Positions 11,121-22,150 of a stretch of 64,000 nucleotides of DNA are shown here, in pieces. The stretch spans positions 52,062-116,061 of IMG/VR virus record IMGVR_UViG_3300028805_000078. One strand, given 5' to 3'. A model generated the notes under the pieces. The model did not search any database. It saw only the letters and a program-made list of their open reading frames with translations, and was not told the origin of the DNA. The position numbers were made by a program, and so were the translations under genes. Within the stretch, counting starts at the first letter, position 1. Each line of letters starts with the position of its first letter. Origin of the DNA: a virus. Lineage: Duplodnaviria > Caudoviricetes.

Positions 11121-12284
11121 ATGATCATCGCCAGCGCACAAATAACGATTGTTGACAGTCGCGAATTTGAAATATCTCCTGTTGCGCCGGCGAATCCGGT
11201 GCAAGACATGTTGTGGCTCGACACTTCTGTCGAGCCTCCTATTGAAAAGATTTATGACAACGGACAATGGGTTGTCATAAATGACGTAGAGGAGCAGATA
11301 GAATCTTCGCGAACGATCCAGGAAATCGAAACACAAATACAGCAAACATCTGAAAATATCACGCTTATCTCTGATGAAATATGGACCGACGGTACACATA
11401 ATACAAGCAAGTTATCTGTTGCAGTTGACGAAATTACTCAAACCGTAGAAGATACTAAGAATAATTTGCAGACGCAAATTTCTCAAAGCGCAGATAAGAT
11501 TAGTTGGGTTGTTGAAGGTGACAACCGTGCGGAGATGGCGTTAACCGATGAAGCTCTTACATTTATCGGCAATCATCTTGATCTATCTTTAAACGATGGA
11601 TTCACGATTACAGTCGGAGACATTTCAAATAATTTTCAAATGACGAATAATGTTTTTCGTCAGGAGTCTTCACCTGTATCAAACGTGAAACAAAATGATT
11701 TATGGGTTCAGCCTAGTACAGGATATACGTATCAAGCATCAATCGGTGACAGAGATATAGCTGTTGAACACGATACTTTAAAAATATCTAATGCAGTAGT
11801 TAGCGATTATAGTGTGTCTGTATTGGGTTCAACTTTAAATACTGGAACTGCTTTCAATGTCTCAAATTCCGTATTGTCTGAATTAATCTCACCGACATGG
11901 ATATACGTTAAAGACAGCCAGATTGACAATGCACAGACAACGGCTGAAACAGCAAGTGAAAAAGCCCAAGCCGCGCAAACAGAAGTAAATGAAGTCAGGC
12001 AGGCAACGAATGAGATAGCGTCAGATATTGAATCAAATATCGCACCTGTAATTGGCAATGTTAAGAGGTGGCTTGATTTTAGTGAAGAAGGTCTGCGTCA
12101 GGGAAAAGCCGGAAGTGAGTATTCAACATTAATAGATAATGAGGGATATCATATAGATAAAGCCGGTGTTGTTGGGCATGTCGGTTCTTTTACTGCACAA
12201 GGACTTGTAACTCAGGGCATGAAACTCGGAGACATTGTAGTTAAACCAACCGCTACAGGCGGATGGGCATGGACAGAGGTGTAA
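11121..12284 (+). CDS. Minor tail protein (coiled coil plus beta-helix-like C-terminus)
   Basis: ASAQITIVD start, LWLDTS motif and QISQSADKI coiled-coil repeats as in siphophage tail proteins. Confidence 0.6.
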   Translation: MIIASAQITIVDSREFEISPVAPANPVQDMLWLDTSVEPPIEKIYDNGQWVVINDVEEQIESSRTIQEIETQIQQTSENITLISDEIWTDGTHNTSKLSVAVDEITQTVEDTKNNLQTQISQSADKISWVVEGDNRAEMALTDEALTFIGNHLDLSLNDGFTITVGDISNNFQMTNNVFRQESSPVSNVKQNDLWVQPSTGYTYQASIGDRDIAVEHDTLKISNAVVSDYSVSVLGSTLNTGTAFNVSNSVLSELISPTWIYVKDSQIDNAQTTAETASEKAQAAQTEVNEVRQATNEIASDIESNIAPVIGNVKRWLDFSEEGLRQGKAGSEYSTLIDNEGYHIDKAGVVGHVGSFTAQGLVTQGMKLGDIVVKPTATGGWAWTEV

Positions 12285-12285
12285 T

Positions 12286-14310
12286 ATGGCACAAGGTAAT
12301 TTAACATTAAGTTCAAACCGCGCGGAAACATATTCAACGTGGAATGGATATCAAAGCGGTTACGGTGAAATTCGTTATACTACTCCGTCTACAGACAGTC
12401 AGACAATTACCGTATCTATTCCAGCCTCAATGGCTAATGCGTCGTTTAATTCCGTTACTTTATCATACAGTTTGGATTCTGCAAGTGGAACACGATCGAT
12501 AAAATTCGCAAATGATTCATCTCTGTACAGCGATGCTGCGATGCTTGAACGCTTGAAGACTGGCGGAAGTATTGATTTACGATTTACGTTTAAAGCGGCC
12601 GGCGGATATGGATCTGAGGGTTCGAATGGCGCAAGCTGTGAATGGGAAAACATTGTGATATCTGTTAATTATACGGGCGCAGGTGCAATTAGTGGTACTT
12701 TAAGTACGGATCAGAGTTCTTCTATATCATATAGTACCAACATAACAAATGTTGCAAAAGGAGAAACGCTGCCTATATCTTTGACGATATTGCCAGTCAA
12801 TGCGATAACTTCGATTTCCGTAAGATTCGCAGATGCAAATCATACTTCATCTGGTTACACATCAAACAATTTTACAGTGAGTTGTCGTGCCGGCGTTGCG
12901 TCGTCATTCGATTTAAATGTCAACATTAATGATTGTACGCTTACAAACAGAGTAGAATCTGCTAAGATTTGTGTCGTATTGACAACGTCAAACGGAACAG
13001 AAACAACCGGATGGAATGACTGCGGAAATCCAACTGTGCTAAAACTGATAAACTTGAGAAATGCGCCGACGATTAGCGTTGCATGGAGCGATACGAATAC
13101 AACAACATCTTCAATAGGTAGTTATATACAGAATGCAAGTACTTTAAGATGTGCTGCAACAATAACGTGTGATACAACAGCAGATAGTTTAACCGCAGTT
13201 ACTGCACGAAGGCTTGTTGTTGGTGGCATAGAATATGAAATGACAAGTGATATAGTTGATATTGGTACTGTCGATGCGTCTGGAAATGTTTCGTGGATAT
13301 TATATGCAACAGATAATCATGGCGTAACTGGCAGTAACAGCGGCACTTTGACTGTTGTGGCGTACAGAAAACCGTATTTAAATCTATTGAGTTTTCAAAG
13401 ATATAAAAATTCTGAAATTGACGAGACGAGCAATACTATATGGGTAAATATGGGTGGAGAGATATCTTCATCTGTTTCATCTAACGCCTGGACAATTAAA
13501 GCCAATTATGTGAATGGCAATGAAACTGTAAGTGGAAATGTAAACATGGCTTCCGGAAGCGCAGGAACTGTTTTGAATTATAGTAAAAGCAAAACTTTGT
13601 TTACTACTTCACTTGATGCTTCAAACGATTGGGTAATTACAGTAACTCTGCAAGACAGAATTTCATCAACTCAATATACAACAACCGTGTCTAAAACAAG
13701 TGCCTTGTTTAATATAGAAAAACACGGCGTTGCAATTGGAATGCGATCTACAGGAACTAATCTTTCACCTAAATTTGAAAGTAATTATGCATCAACTTTT
13801 TATCAGCCTGTGACTTTTTCTGATGATGTAACAATAAACGATGCTGTCACTGTTACTGGGGCTATTACTGCTACTGGAGCCGCGAGTTTTCAAGGCGCAA
13901 CATTCGGCGGAAATGTTTCATTTAATGGAACTATTACAGACAGTAATGGTCAACCTATCAACGGAGGAACAGATAGTGGATGGGTAAACTTGACTTTAGA
14001 TGCTAATACATGTAAGCAAGATACGAATTTTGTTACTTGTTCAGTGAGAAAAAAGAATGGCCTTGTATGTATTCGAGGAGCTGTAACATTAAAAACCTCA
14101 ATGTCATCAAGCAGTAGTGCAACTGTATCATTGTTGCAATTACCCGTTGGATATAGACCTTCTGGAACAATGTTGATAAACAGCGGAAGCAAAGCGAATT
14201 ACAGTTCAATACAAATCGACAGCGATGGAACGATGAAGCTGTGGAATAGAACCGGCAGTCCAATAGGAACAAGTGAACCTATTAGTATTTCCGCATGCTT
14301 TTTAGAATAA
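12286..14310 (+). CDS. Tail fibre / receptor-binding protein (DUF859-like)
   Basis: Ser/Thr-rich beta protein with a GVAIG motif and a C-terminal DSGWVNL...VRKKNGLVCIRG...LPVGYRPS head domain. Confidence 0.7.
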   Translation: MAQGNLTLSSNRAETYSTWNGYQSGYGEIRYTTPSTDSQTITVSIPASMANASFNSVTLSYSLDSASGTRSIKFANDSSLYSDAAMLERLKTGGSIDLRFTFKAAGGYGSEGSNGASCEWENIVISVNYTGAGAISGTLSTDQSSSISYSTNITNVAKGETLPISLTILPVNAITSISVRFADANHTSSGYTSNNFTVSCRAGVASSFDLNVNINDCTLTNRVESAKICVVLTTSNGTETTGWNDCGNPTVLKLINLRNAPTISVAWSDTNTTTSSIGSYIQNASTLRCAATITCDTTADSLTAVTARRLVVGGIEYEMTSDIVDIGTVDASGNVSWILYATDNHGVTGSNSGTLTVVAYRKPYLNLLSFQRYKNSEIDETSNTIWVNMGGEISSSVSSNAWTIKANYVNGNETVSGNVNMASGSAGTVLNYSKSKTLFTTSLDASNDWVITVTLQDRISSTQYTTTVSKTSALFNIEKHGVAIGMRSTGTNLSPKFESNYASTFYQPVTFSDDVTINDAVTVTGAITATGAASFQGATFGGNVSFNGTITDSNGQPINGGTDSGWVNLTLDANTCKQDTNFVTCSVRKKNGLVCIRGAVTLKTSMSSSSSATVSLLQLPVGYRPSGTMLINSGSKANYSSIQIDSDGTMKLWNRTGSPIGTSEPISISACFLE

Positions 14311-14323
14311 AGGAGGCTAATAT

Positions 14324-17167
14324 ATGCCTATAGTAGATAAAATACAAGTAAGTTCTACAACATATGATATACAAGATAGCAATGCCGTGAGGTTTAACGG
14401 ATCTCAAACTCTTTCAGATGCACAAAAACTTCAAGCACGAACGAACATCGGAGCCTCGGCTGTTGCTGTCGATAACACCTTAACAGTTTCTGGTGCGGCA
14501 GCAGACGCAAAGACTGTTGGCGATCTCGTTAAAGATGTTGTGTACCAAGAGTTTAGTGAAACGATGACAAAGCCGGAATCCGGCAATGCAATCATTACTG
14601 AGCCGTTTCGTATTATAAAGAATAAACCTTATTTATTGATAGCTGAAACAACTGGATCGGTTACGATTACTACGCGATTGACTAGCTCCGGAAGCACAGT
14701 AGAGAGTTTGTATGCTGGCGCGGCTGTTTCTGGTTTGGTTATCATTCCAGAGTATGACGCTAATTATTTTAGAGTAGTTGCAACAAAAGATGCGACTGTT
14801 CAATTTAAAACACTTCCTATGAAGGAAGTATATGAAAATGCTATAGATTCAAAGTTTATCGGTTTATCTGATCTACATGGTGTATCGTGGCAAATTAACA
14901 AATATATCAATCCAAGCCACATAGTCGCAGCTTCGAATTATGCGATGCTGTCCGATTTTCTGCCAAGCGCTCCATATTACATATATACCGGTGCTACAGT
15001 AGATGCTAACAATGTTCCACTGAAAGTATATATACACCAGTACAACAGTAATAAAACATGGTTGCGTTCTAAAGAACTTATAGCACTTGAAGACAAAACT
15101 CTGCGTCCAGAAAAAGATGTTAGTTATGTGCGTATTGTGTTCGGAAGAGAATCAAGTACTGAAGTAACTATTAGCGCTGAAGACATAGGTTATTTTGGTA
15201 TGAAAACTTTGACATCAACACCACAAGTAATGAACGAAATTAATTTGTACAGATGCGATAGTTTATTTGAACAAGGTTATTATTACATTACTTCAGGCGA
15301 CACAATTGGTCTTCGTGTTGGCAATGCAATCTATTGCACTTGCATTCTTCACGTTATGCCAAGTGATAAAATACACATAACCGGCGTTGGAGGTTCTAAC
15401 GGTAAGCTTTGGGCTTTTGCACGTGCGAACGGCACGATAACGAGACGGGAAAGTGGTTCTAGCAATCTTTTAAATGGTGTATTAACAGTTGAAGATGGTG
15501 AATCGTTGCTTGTTTACAATGCGATGATGACATCTGATTTATACCCACCTTATTTGGCGATTGAAACAGACAGAATAATCAACTTAGATTCTTTGCGTAC
15601 TGTTACTCATGATTTGGCGAAAGCAAAAGACGAGATAGAAACAATGCTTGCGTCTGAGTTTAGTACGTCTGTATCTTATAAGGTAAATGATTACGTTCGG
15701 TACGATAATGTTTTATATCGATTTACAGTTGATCACGAAGCAGGTGTCTGGAATGCCGAACATGTGGTTGAAGTTACTGTTGGCATAGATCTTTCTGATC
15801 TGAGAGACGATATAGACACACTGGGGATAAAATCCAACTTTGAATTAGGCGAATGGCGAAACGGTTGGATTCGTCTGGGCGGTGCTGGTGACCAGGCTGG
15901 AACTATAGGAAGTGCGACCAGGCATCTTATTGCTGGATATGATGGGACGCAAATAGTTCAAAAAGGCGATGGCAGAACGTGGAAGATATCAGTTAAAAAT
16001 GGTTGGGCTTTAATGAACATAGGTGAATACAACACCAAATCGGCATCTTCATTTACGCAATTCTTGGATTTAAGCACAAATGAAGTAACGCTATTAGCTG
16101 ACAAGTATTATTGCATCGATATTTCAAAAGCATCAAACGAAGCAATATCGCCGACCGATGTAACGGATGACACCATTGTTTTCACGCATACTGATTATAC
16201 GGACAAAACGCTTACAATGTCGGATAAAGCTGCGGATGCGAAGGCTACTGGTGACGCTATCGGGATGTTGGATAACAACATTGCTACCATTAATACTGCG
16301 AATATCACTTGGGCGTTAAATGGTATCAATGTATCAACAGGTGCAAACACTACCGCAACAAACAGGGTCAGTAGTGACCTTGTAACAAATTGCCCATCGA
16401 TTGTGCACATTGCCGAAGGATACAGTTACATGATCATGCGTTATACCAAAGATGGCACTTATGATGGCGCATTCGACGGGAGCACATGGGGCAAGTCATA
16501 CAAAGCCGCTATGTGGCGCACGGTAGTTTTAACTATTGACGAGTTAGGTAGTAACGCTGGTAATTATAACTATCGCGTTGCCATGAAAGAAAATAATGAC
16601 GCTGATTTGACGATTGCGGATGCTAGTCACATAACGCTTTTAGCCTTTACAGATAGTGCTCTTACAATGTCAGGCAAGGCGGCTGATGCGAAGGTTGTTG
16701 GAACTGATGTTAAATATATTGGTTTATCTGATCCATACAATATAACATGGCAGCTAAATAAAAACCTAAGTAATGGAGAAGAAACTGCCAGTACATTTAC
16801 GGCATTGTCTAACGCATTGCCGCCCTCTCCTATAATTGTTCGTACAGGCGCGGATCAGGATTCTAACGACAAATATTTAAGTATGTTTGTGCATGAATTT
16901 CGCAGTGATGACAGTTGGATTGGACGAACGCGCATGGATTATACAACTTCAAGGATAATGCGTGTATCTGACGAATGCGCATATATAAGAATTGTTTTTG
17001 GTCGTGCATCAAGCTATGCTGTAAATATTGCGCAAAGTGATATCGATACTTATTTCGGTGTTGAAATGTACGTCCCTATGCGTTATGTTATGTCGGAACT
17101 CGATAAAATCGGAGCGCAAACATTGTATACGGCAATGATGACCGACACTGTGATTGGAGGAAACTGA
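14324..17167 (+). CDS. Modular tail fibre protein
   Basis: QTLSDAQKLQARTNIGA; three D.xLTxSxxAADAK linkers; duplicated IGLSD...WQxNK...RIVFGR domain; followed by xkdX. Confidence 0.7.
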   Translation: MPIVDKIQVSSTTYDIQDSNAVRFNGSQTLSDAQKLQARTNIGASAVAVDNTLTVSGAAADAKTVGDLVKDVVYQEFSETMTKPESGNAIITEPFRIIKNKPYLLIAETTGSVTITTRLTSSGSTVESLYAGAAVSGLVIIPEYDANYFRVVATKDATVQFKTLPMKEVYENAIDSKFIGLSDLHGVSWQINKYINPSHIVAASNYAMLSDFLPSAPYYIYTGATVDANNVPLKVYIHQYNSNKTWLRSKELIALEDKTLRPEKDVSYVRIVFGRESSTEVTISAEDIGYFGMKTLTSTPQVMNEINLYRCDSLFEQGYYYITSGDTIGLRVGNAIYCTCILHVMPSDKIHITGVGGSNGKLWAFARANGTITRRESGSSNLLNGVLTVEDGESLLVYNAMMTSDLYPPYLAIETDRIINLDSLRTVTHDLAKAKDEIETMLASEFSTSVSYKVNDYVRYDNVLYRFTVDHEAGVWNAEHVVEVTVGIDLSDLRDDIDTLGIKSNFELGEWRNGWIRLGGAGDQAGTIGSATRHLIAGYDGTQIVQKGDGRTWKISVKNGWALMNIGEYNTKSASSFTQFLDLSTNEVTLLADKYYCIDISKASNEAISPTDVTDDTIVFTHTDYTDKTLTMSDKAADAKATGDAIGMLDNNIATINTANITWALNGINVSTGANTTATNRVSSDLVTNCPSIVHIAEGYSYMIMRYTKDGTYDGAFDGSTWGKSYKAAMWRTVVLTIDELGSNAGNYNYRVAMKENNDADLTIADASHITLLAFTDSALTMSGKAADAKVVGTDVKYIGLSDPYNITWQLNKNLSNGEETASTFTALSNALPPSPIIVRTGADQDSNDKYLSMFVHEFRSDDSWIGRTRMDYTTSRIMRVSDECAYIRIVFGRASSYAVNIAQSDIDTYFGVEMYVPMRYVMSELDKIGAQTLYTAMMTDTVIGGN

Positions 17168-17168
17168 T

Positions 17169-17378
17169 ATGTTTGAACGAGTAAAACATTATTATGACGT
17201 TGGACTGTATACACAAGTAAACGTTATGGCTTTTGTTGCGAAGAATTATTTAACTATGGAGCAGTATTATGAGATTGTTGGAACTAACGAAGATGAGGAC
17301 GAGGTTGAAGAAAACGTAGAAAATGTAGAAAACACAGAACCGAGCGAAGAAAATGATGAAGAAAACCCAAGTGATTAA
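17169..17378 (+). CDS. xkdX: XkdX-family small tail protein
   Basis: MFERVKHYYDVGLYT...FVAKNYLTMEQYYEIVG matches the XkdX pattern; GGAGG SD upstream. Confidence 0.75.
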   Translation: MFERVKHYYDVGLYTQVNVMAFVAKNYLTMEQYYEIVGTNEDEDEVEENVENVENTEPSEENDEENPSD

Positions 17379-17428
17379 TAATAAACATTATATAATTAAA
17401 ATAATTTATAATAAAGGAGTTGATCGAT

Positions 17429-17638
17429 ATGGCCTGGCACTTGCTCAGGAGCGGCGGAGAGAACGAAGAGTTCGGCTTCGCACATAAAGAATTTCTTATC
17501 GATTTTACAAGCGATATATCTACTGAACCTACGGAATATGGACCTATAGCAATGGGATCGATGGCTCACACCGCAGGTTATGCAAACATGTATGAAAAAG
17601 CCGCAGATGGTGAATGGTATGAAATCTGGGGTGAATAA
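17429..17638 (+). CDS. Small conserved phage protein
   Basis: SD AAAGGAG; 69-aa ORF within the structural operon. Confidence 0.6.
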   Translation: MAWHLLRSGGENEEFGFAHKEFLIDFTSDISTEPTEYGPIAMGSMAHTAGYANMYEKAADGEWYEIWGE

Positions 17639-17640
17639 TA

Positions 17641-17826
17641 ATGAATATGCAAGAGGCAATCATGATTGCGATGAAAGCAATCGGAAACGCTGGCGGTTGC
17701 GGCAGCGGTGATGGAGGTTTGAAATTGGAAGACTTAGGAATCTTTGTAGGCGATTTTCTAAACAGACCTCCTGAGATTACATATGGTGCACTTAATACAT
17801 TAACAAGAGAAATCTACGGTGTCTGA
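17641..17826 (+). CDS. Small hypothetical protein
   Basis: ORF starts 2 nt after the previous stop. Confidence 0.5.
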   Translation: MNMQEAIMIAMKAIGNAGGCGSGDGGLKLEDLGIFVGDFLNRPPEITYGALNTLTREIYGV

Positions 17827-17904
17827 TATAAATTTCGTGTTTTCGATTTTATATAAAACATATAATAGATAAGACATGTTTATACACATAGTGACACGAA
17901 AGGA

Positions 17905-18909
17905 GTGACGCAATTGTCACGAACTATCTCACAACTTGCGGCTGGCACATGCGTCTATGTTGATGAAACTATCGACGGCGCGGTCGTGCATACGCCATAT
18001 ATCTATCTCGGCCTTGATGAAAGCGGCAACGCAAGGCTGCTCAGGGAAAAGGCCGCAACACAAAAGAGAATGCATTCCTCGAACGTAGCTTCATACAGCG
18101 GCTGCGAAGCGGACGTCTGGCTTGAAAATGAAACAGACGGATTCCTTTCCCGTTTTGACGCGGCTACGATCAACGCGCTCGTAAACACGAGTATCAAGTA
18201 CACGGACTTTACTTTAAATCAAGAACAGACGGCACAGATAGTTACGATCCAGCGGCGGTGCTTTCTTTTGTCGTACACCGAAGAAGGCTTGGCCGCCACG
18301 TCTGCAGGCGACGAAGGACAGAGTTATCTCGCAGCACTCAAGACGTATACGCAGCAAACTTCGGGCGACGATGCTCGCATCGGTTACAACGAGAACGATT
18401 CTGCTGTCTACGTTTGGATGCGGTCAGGTTACTCACCTACTAATTTCCGCAACATCGGCATGAACGGTAGCGCGGGCAACGGCAGTGCGTCGTCCGCAGT
18501 CAGCCACATTCGCCCAGCGTTATCTGTTGCGCCAGCGACGATCGTTAGCGACGAAGGCGCTGAAGCTATCTTCCTTCTTCCCAATGGACGCCGAACAACG
18601 TGGGACATCGAATATAGCTGCAGCCTTGGCACATACTCCGCTCCCCCTGTTAAAGCCAGACTGTTTTTTGAACATGAGTACGTTCACGATTTTCTTGAAA
18701 TCAAGGCGTGCAACAATTACGCGGATGCAGAGCCTACCTGGGTAGAACCGATCAATGATTCGCTCGTTTTCAGATTCGGTACGAATACTACAACAGGAAC
18801 GTACGAACTCGGTGTAAAGATCCACGCAACTGGACTTACGAAAGACATGTGTATCACAGAGCCGATCATGATAGCGGAGGTCGACAATTCTGTCGCTCCG
18901 GCTACTTGA
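17905..18909 (+). CDS. DUF6273-like (C-type-lectin-fold) structural protein
   Basis: YSGCEADVWL, CFLLSYTE, VWMRS and IRPALSV motifs of the CLec-fold family often targeted by DGRs in Firmicute phages. Confidence 0.65.
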   Translation: MTQLSRTISQLAAGTCVYVDETIDGAVVHTPYIYLGLDESGNARLLREKAATQKRMHSSNVASYSGCEADVWLENETDGFLSRFDAATINALVNTSIKYTDFTLNQEQTAQIVTIQRRCFLLSYTEEGLAATSAGDEGQSYLAALKTYTQQTSGDDARIGYNENDSAVYVWMRSGYSPTNFRNIGMNGSAGNGSASSAVSHIRPALSVAPATIVSDEGAEAIFLLPNGRRTTWDIEYSCSLGTYSAPPVKARLFFEHEYVHDFLEIKACNNYADAEPTWVEPINDSLVFRFGTNTTTGTYELGVKIHATGLTKDMCITEPIMIAEVDNSVAPAT

Positions 18910-19067
18910 CAAATTATAAAGGAGTAATCTTATGAGTATTTTCTTTAAACGAAACGCAGAGAATGAAGAGATGAAAGACTTCGAAAATGATGAAGTATAT
19001 GTACTGATCAACGGTGAACTTATTAAAACTGAAGTTCCTGATGATGATGAAACGGAGAGTGAAGACA

Positions 19068-20024
19068 ATGCCTGATACTATTAAACTTGGAGATAAAGGT
19101 AAATTTGTAAAAGCCGCCAAGTATTTGAGCGGCTTTTCTGATATCAAGCAAGCGTCTGAAGATTTTGACGAGACGTTTAGTGAGTATATTAAAAACTGGC
19201 AGCGCGTCAATAATCTCGAACAAGATGGTGTAATTGGAGAAAAGAGTTGGGAGACACTCGCCGATAAAGCCCCTACCGTTTCAACTTCTAAGAACCGCAA
19301 GAGCGCGGCTACGTGCGCGCTGCAGGAACTGCTTGATTGCGAAGCTGACGGCATTTGCGGTCCTAAAACGAAAGCCGCAATATCTGCTTATCAGGCAGCG
19401 AACGATCTTGTACTTGACGGTATCTGCGGTAAAAAGACATGGCGTATGCTGCTGACCGGAAAGAAGGATGAAGCTATTGTTTCTTCCGGCGCAGACAACG
19501 CTGTTCAGCCTCCGAACTTCAAGCAGTATGATTCAAGGTGGGCAAGCAAGATGTATTCGAACCACGGCGATAAATCGCAGACGATGAAATCTTCCGCTTG
19601 TGGTCCTACTTCGATGGCGGATATCGTAGCACAGTGGTGGGACGTCAACATTACGCCTTGGGATCTTGCTCAGCTGTCTATGCAGTGGGGAACCCGCACT
19701 TATGACAGCGGTACGAGCAGCACGTTCTTTAAAAAGATCGCCGCACAGTACGGCGCGTCCAAGTATATCACAACCTCTTCGATCCAGTCCGCAATCGCCT
19801 GCCTGAATGCTGGCGGTTACGTTGTCGTATGTTTCGGCAAAGGAACGAAGGGTAAGAGTTCGTATCAGAAATGGACGACAGGCGGGCACTACTGCTGCAT
19901 CTGGAAATACGACGGCAAATACTTTTATATCAACGATCCCGCGAGCGCGAAAGCCGCTCGTGCAAAAGGAACGTATGACGAAGTACTTGACGCCCGAAAA
20001 GGATTTTATTGCTTTTATAAATAA
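19068..20024 (+). CDS. Endolysin-like protein: two PG-binding domains plus a C39-like peptidase
   Basis: DGVIGEKSW and DGICGKKTW PG_binding_1 repeats; Q-Y-D...SACGPTS, GGHY and INDP give a Cys/His/Asp set. Start moved to MPDTIK (GGAG SD). Confidence 0.8.
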   Translation: MPDTIKLGDKGKFVKAAKYLSGFSDIKQASEDFDETFSEYIKNWQRVNNLEQDGVIGEKSWETLADKAPTVSTSKNRKSAATCALQELLDCEADGICGPKTKAAISAYQAANDLVLDGICGKKTWRMLLTGKKDEAIVSSGADNAVQPPNFKQYDSRWASKMYSNHGDKSQTMKSSACGPTSMADIVAQWWDVNITPWDLAQLSMQWGTRTYDSGTSSTFFKKIAAQYGASKYITTSSIQSAIACLNAGGYVVVCFGKGTKGKSSYQKWTTGGHYCCIWKYDGKYFYINDPASAKAARAKGTYDEVLDARKGFYCFYK

Positions 20025-20066
20025 GGAATAAACCAAGTAACATAAACTCGAAATGAGGGATGTATC

Positions 20067-21731
20067 ATGAGGGTTATACGAGCCATTCCAACTCAAGTTA
20101 TCCCGTTAGGACGGCTTGGGGAAAACGAATGCACTCAAATACTTTTTGATATCAGCGGCTGGCTGGAGGAATACCCGTCAGCCGCAATAGGATTATATAA
20201 CTTGCGCCCCGGTGATACAGAATCGTATCCTGTGGGCGCGCTTACAACGAGCGATGGTTCAGCCGTTTGGACCGTCAAGAGTTCTGATCTTTCCGCAGTC
20301 GGCAAAGGCCGCTGTGAACTTGTCGCTATCGAAGATAATGTTATCGTTAAGAGCGCGATATACACTACGCAAGTTGCAGAAGCTCTTGATGGAAGCGGCG
20401 AGGTTCCTGAGCCTTGGGAAGACTGGAAAGAAGAATTCATAGAGATAAAAGACGATGTTGAAGCCGCGGCTTCGGCTGCGCAAGATGCCTCTGAAGCTAT
20501 TCAGAATATGGGTGTTGAGGCAGGTACACTTCCCCCATCGTCTCCTGCAACCGTAACAAAAAATGTTGATCCCGAAACAGGAGAGGTCACTCTTTCCTTC
20601 GGTATTCCGCAAGGTGTAAAAGGTGATCAGGGCGATAAAGGCGATCGAGGTTATTGTCCTACAGCTACTGTGACGAAGAACGGAAAGGCCGCTACGATTT
20701 CGCTGACTGATATTGACGGAACTACAACTGCTACTATTACGGATGGCAATGACGGCTTTACGCCTATCGCTAATGTAGTGCAGAACGTTGACGGTGCAAA
20801 GATTACGATAACCGATGTAAACGGCACAACATTTGCAACTGTTTATGACGGCGAAGATGGATATAGTCCTTCTGCAGCCGTTCTAAAGAAAGATTACGGC
20901 GCACGGATTTCGATTACTGATAAAGACGGCACTACTTTTACCGATGTTTATAACGGCGAAACAGGAAACGGTATTGTGTCCGCTGTGCTCAACAATAATT
21001 ATACATTGACGCTGACGTTTTCGGATGGAAGTTATACAACTGTCGGACCTATTCGCGGCGAAAAGGGCGTAGGTATTACGTCTATTGAGAAGACAGGTAC
21101 AAGCGGACTCGTAGATACTTACACGATCACGTTTGATGATGGATCTACTACAACGTTTAATGTAACGAATGGTGAATCGGTTGAGTTCCACATTTGTACG
21201 AGTTCCGAATATGATGAAACTACAAGGATTCCTACTGTTCAGAATCCGAGTACTAAGACATTTTATCTTGTGCCGGCTGAAGACGGATCTTCTCCTGATT
21301 TGTTTGTTGAGTGGATATGGACTGGAACTGCGTGGGAAATGTTTGGAAGTGCTACGATTGAAATACCGGTTCAGGATGTACAGGTAAACAATGTAAGTGT
21401 TGTAGATGCAAATGGAGTTGCAAAGATACCAGTGGCAGGGGCTTCGCTTGGTGCAGTTATAGTGCAAGGCTATGGGATTGGTATTAACTCCTCTGGAAGG
21501 ATTTATGTATCTGGTGCGTCAAGTGCGAATATTAAAAGTGGTTCATCAGATTATGCACCAATTTCTCCGAATAAACAGCACGAATCTGTTTTCTATGGCC
21601 TAACCAAGGCCGCAGGTGTTGATATGGCCTCAAGCGCGAATGCCGTCGGAACTTACACCGAAGAAGCCAAGGCCGCCATTAAGTCTATGCTTGGCGTGCA
21701 AGATGGATTAAAGGTGGTGAGGTTGATATGA
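20067..21731 (+). CDS. BppU-like baseplate/fibre protein with collagen-like repeats
   Basis: LGRLGEN...FDI N-terminus; GxKGDxGD triplets; DGY/FSP repeats; C-terminal module shared with 22150..23412. Confidence 0.7.
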   Translation: MRVIRAIPTQVIPLGRLGENECTQILFDISGWLEEYPSAAIGLYNLRPGDTESYPVGALTTSDGSAVWTVKSSDLSAVGKGRCELVAIEDNVIVKSAIYTTQVAEALDGSGEVPEPWEDWKEEFIEIKDDVEAAASAAQDASEAIQNMGVEAGTLPPSSPATVTKNVDPETGEVTLSFGIPQGVKGDQGDKGDRGYCPTATVTKNGKAATISLTDIDGTTTATITDGNDGFTPIANVVQNVDGAKITITDVNGTTFATVYDGEDGYSPSAAVLKKDYGARISITDKDGTTFTDVYNGETGNGIVSAVLNNNYTLTLTFSDGSYTTVGPIRGEKGVGITSIEKTGTSGLVDTYTITFDDGSTTTFNVTNGESVEFHICTSSEYDETTRIPTVQNPSTKTFYLVPAEDGSSPDLFVEWIWTGTAWEMFGSATIEIPVQDVQVNNVSVVDANGVAKIPVAGASLGAVIVQGYGIGINSSGRIYVSGASSANIKSGSSDYAPISPNKQHESVFYGLTKAAGVDMASSANAVGTYTEEAKAAIKSMLGVQDGLKVVRLI

Positions 21732-22150
21732 TGTATTTGGGAGATAAGGCGGTGGGATTAAATAGTTTCATCTCCAAAAATATTCCTATTAAATGGGATA
21801 TTGTTGAATATACACCAACTTCTAGTTCTGGTTGGCAAACAGCATATCATTCTCTTGGAATTACGCCAGATATTTTTATGGTAGTTCCAGATACTTTTGA
21901 TAAATCTATTACTGGGCAAGCTAATCCAGTAATGATATTTGGCACTAATGGTGTAGATAGCTCTGGTAAACAACGAGCAGTATTAAATTATTTAAATGCG
22001 TCAAATAATTGGGATTATACTGCGAATATTGTTAATATTTATTGTGAAAAGGATAATGAAAAAGTGCGATTTTATACAGCCGGTAATTTGTTATCTACTG
22101 AAAAGAAGTATTATTTTATTATTATTGCATTTAAAGGAGGTGACACCTAA
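21728..22150 (+). CDS. AT-rich small fibre-associated protein
   Basis: Overlaps both neighbours; HSLGITPD motif seen in fibre tip domains. Confidence 0.55.
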   Translation: MMYLGDKAVGLNSFISKNIPIKWDIVEYTPTSSSGWQTAYHSLGITPDIFMVVPDTFDKSITGQANPVMIFGTNGVDSSGKQRAVLNYLNASNNWDYTANIVNIYCEKDNEKVRFYTAGNLLSTEKKYYFIIIAFKGGDT

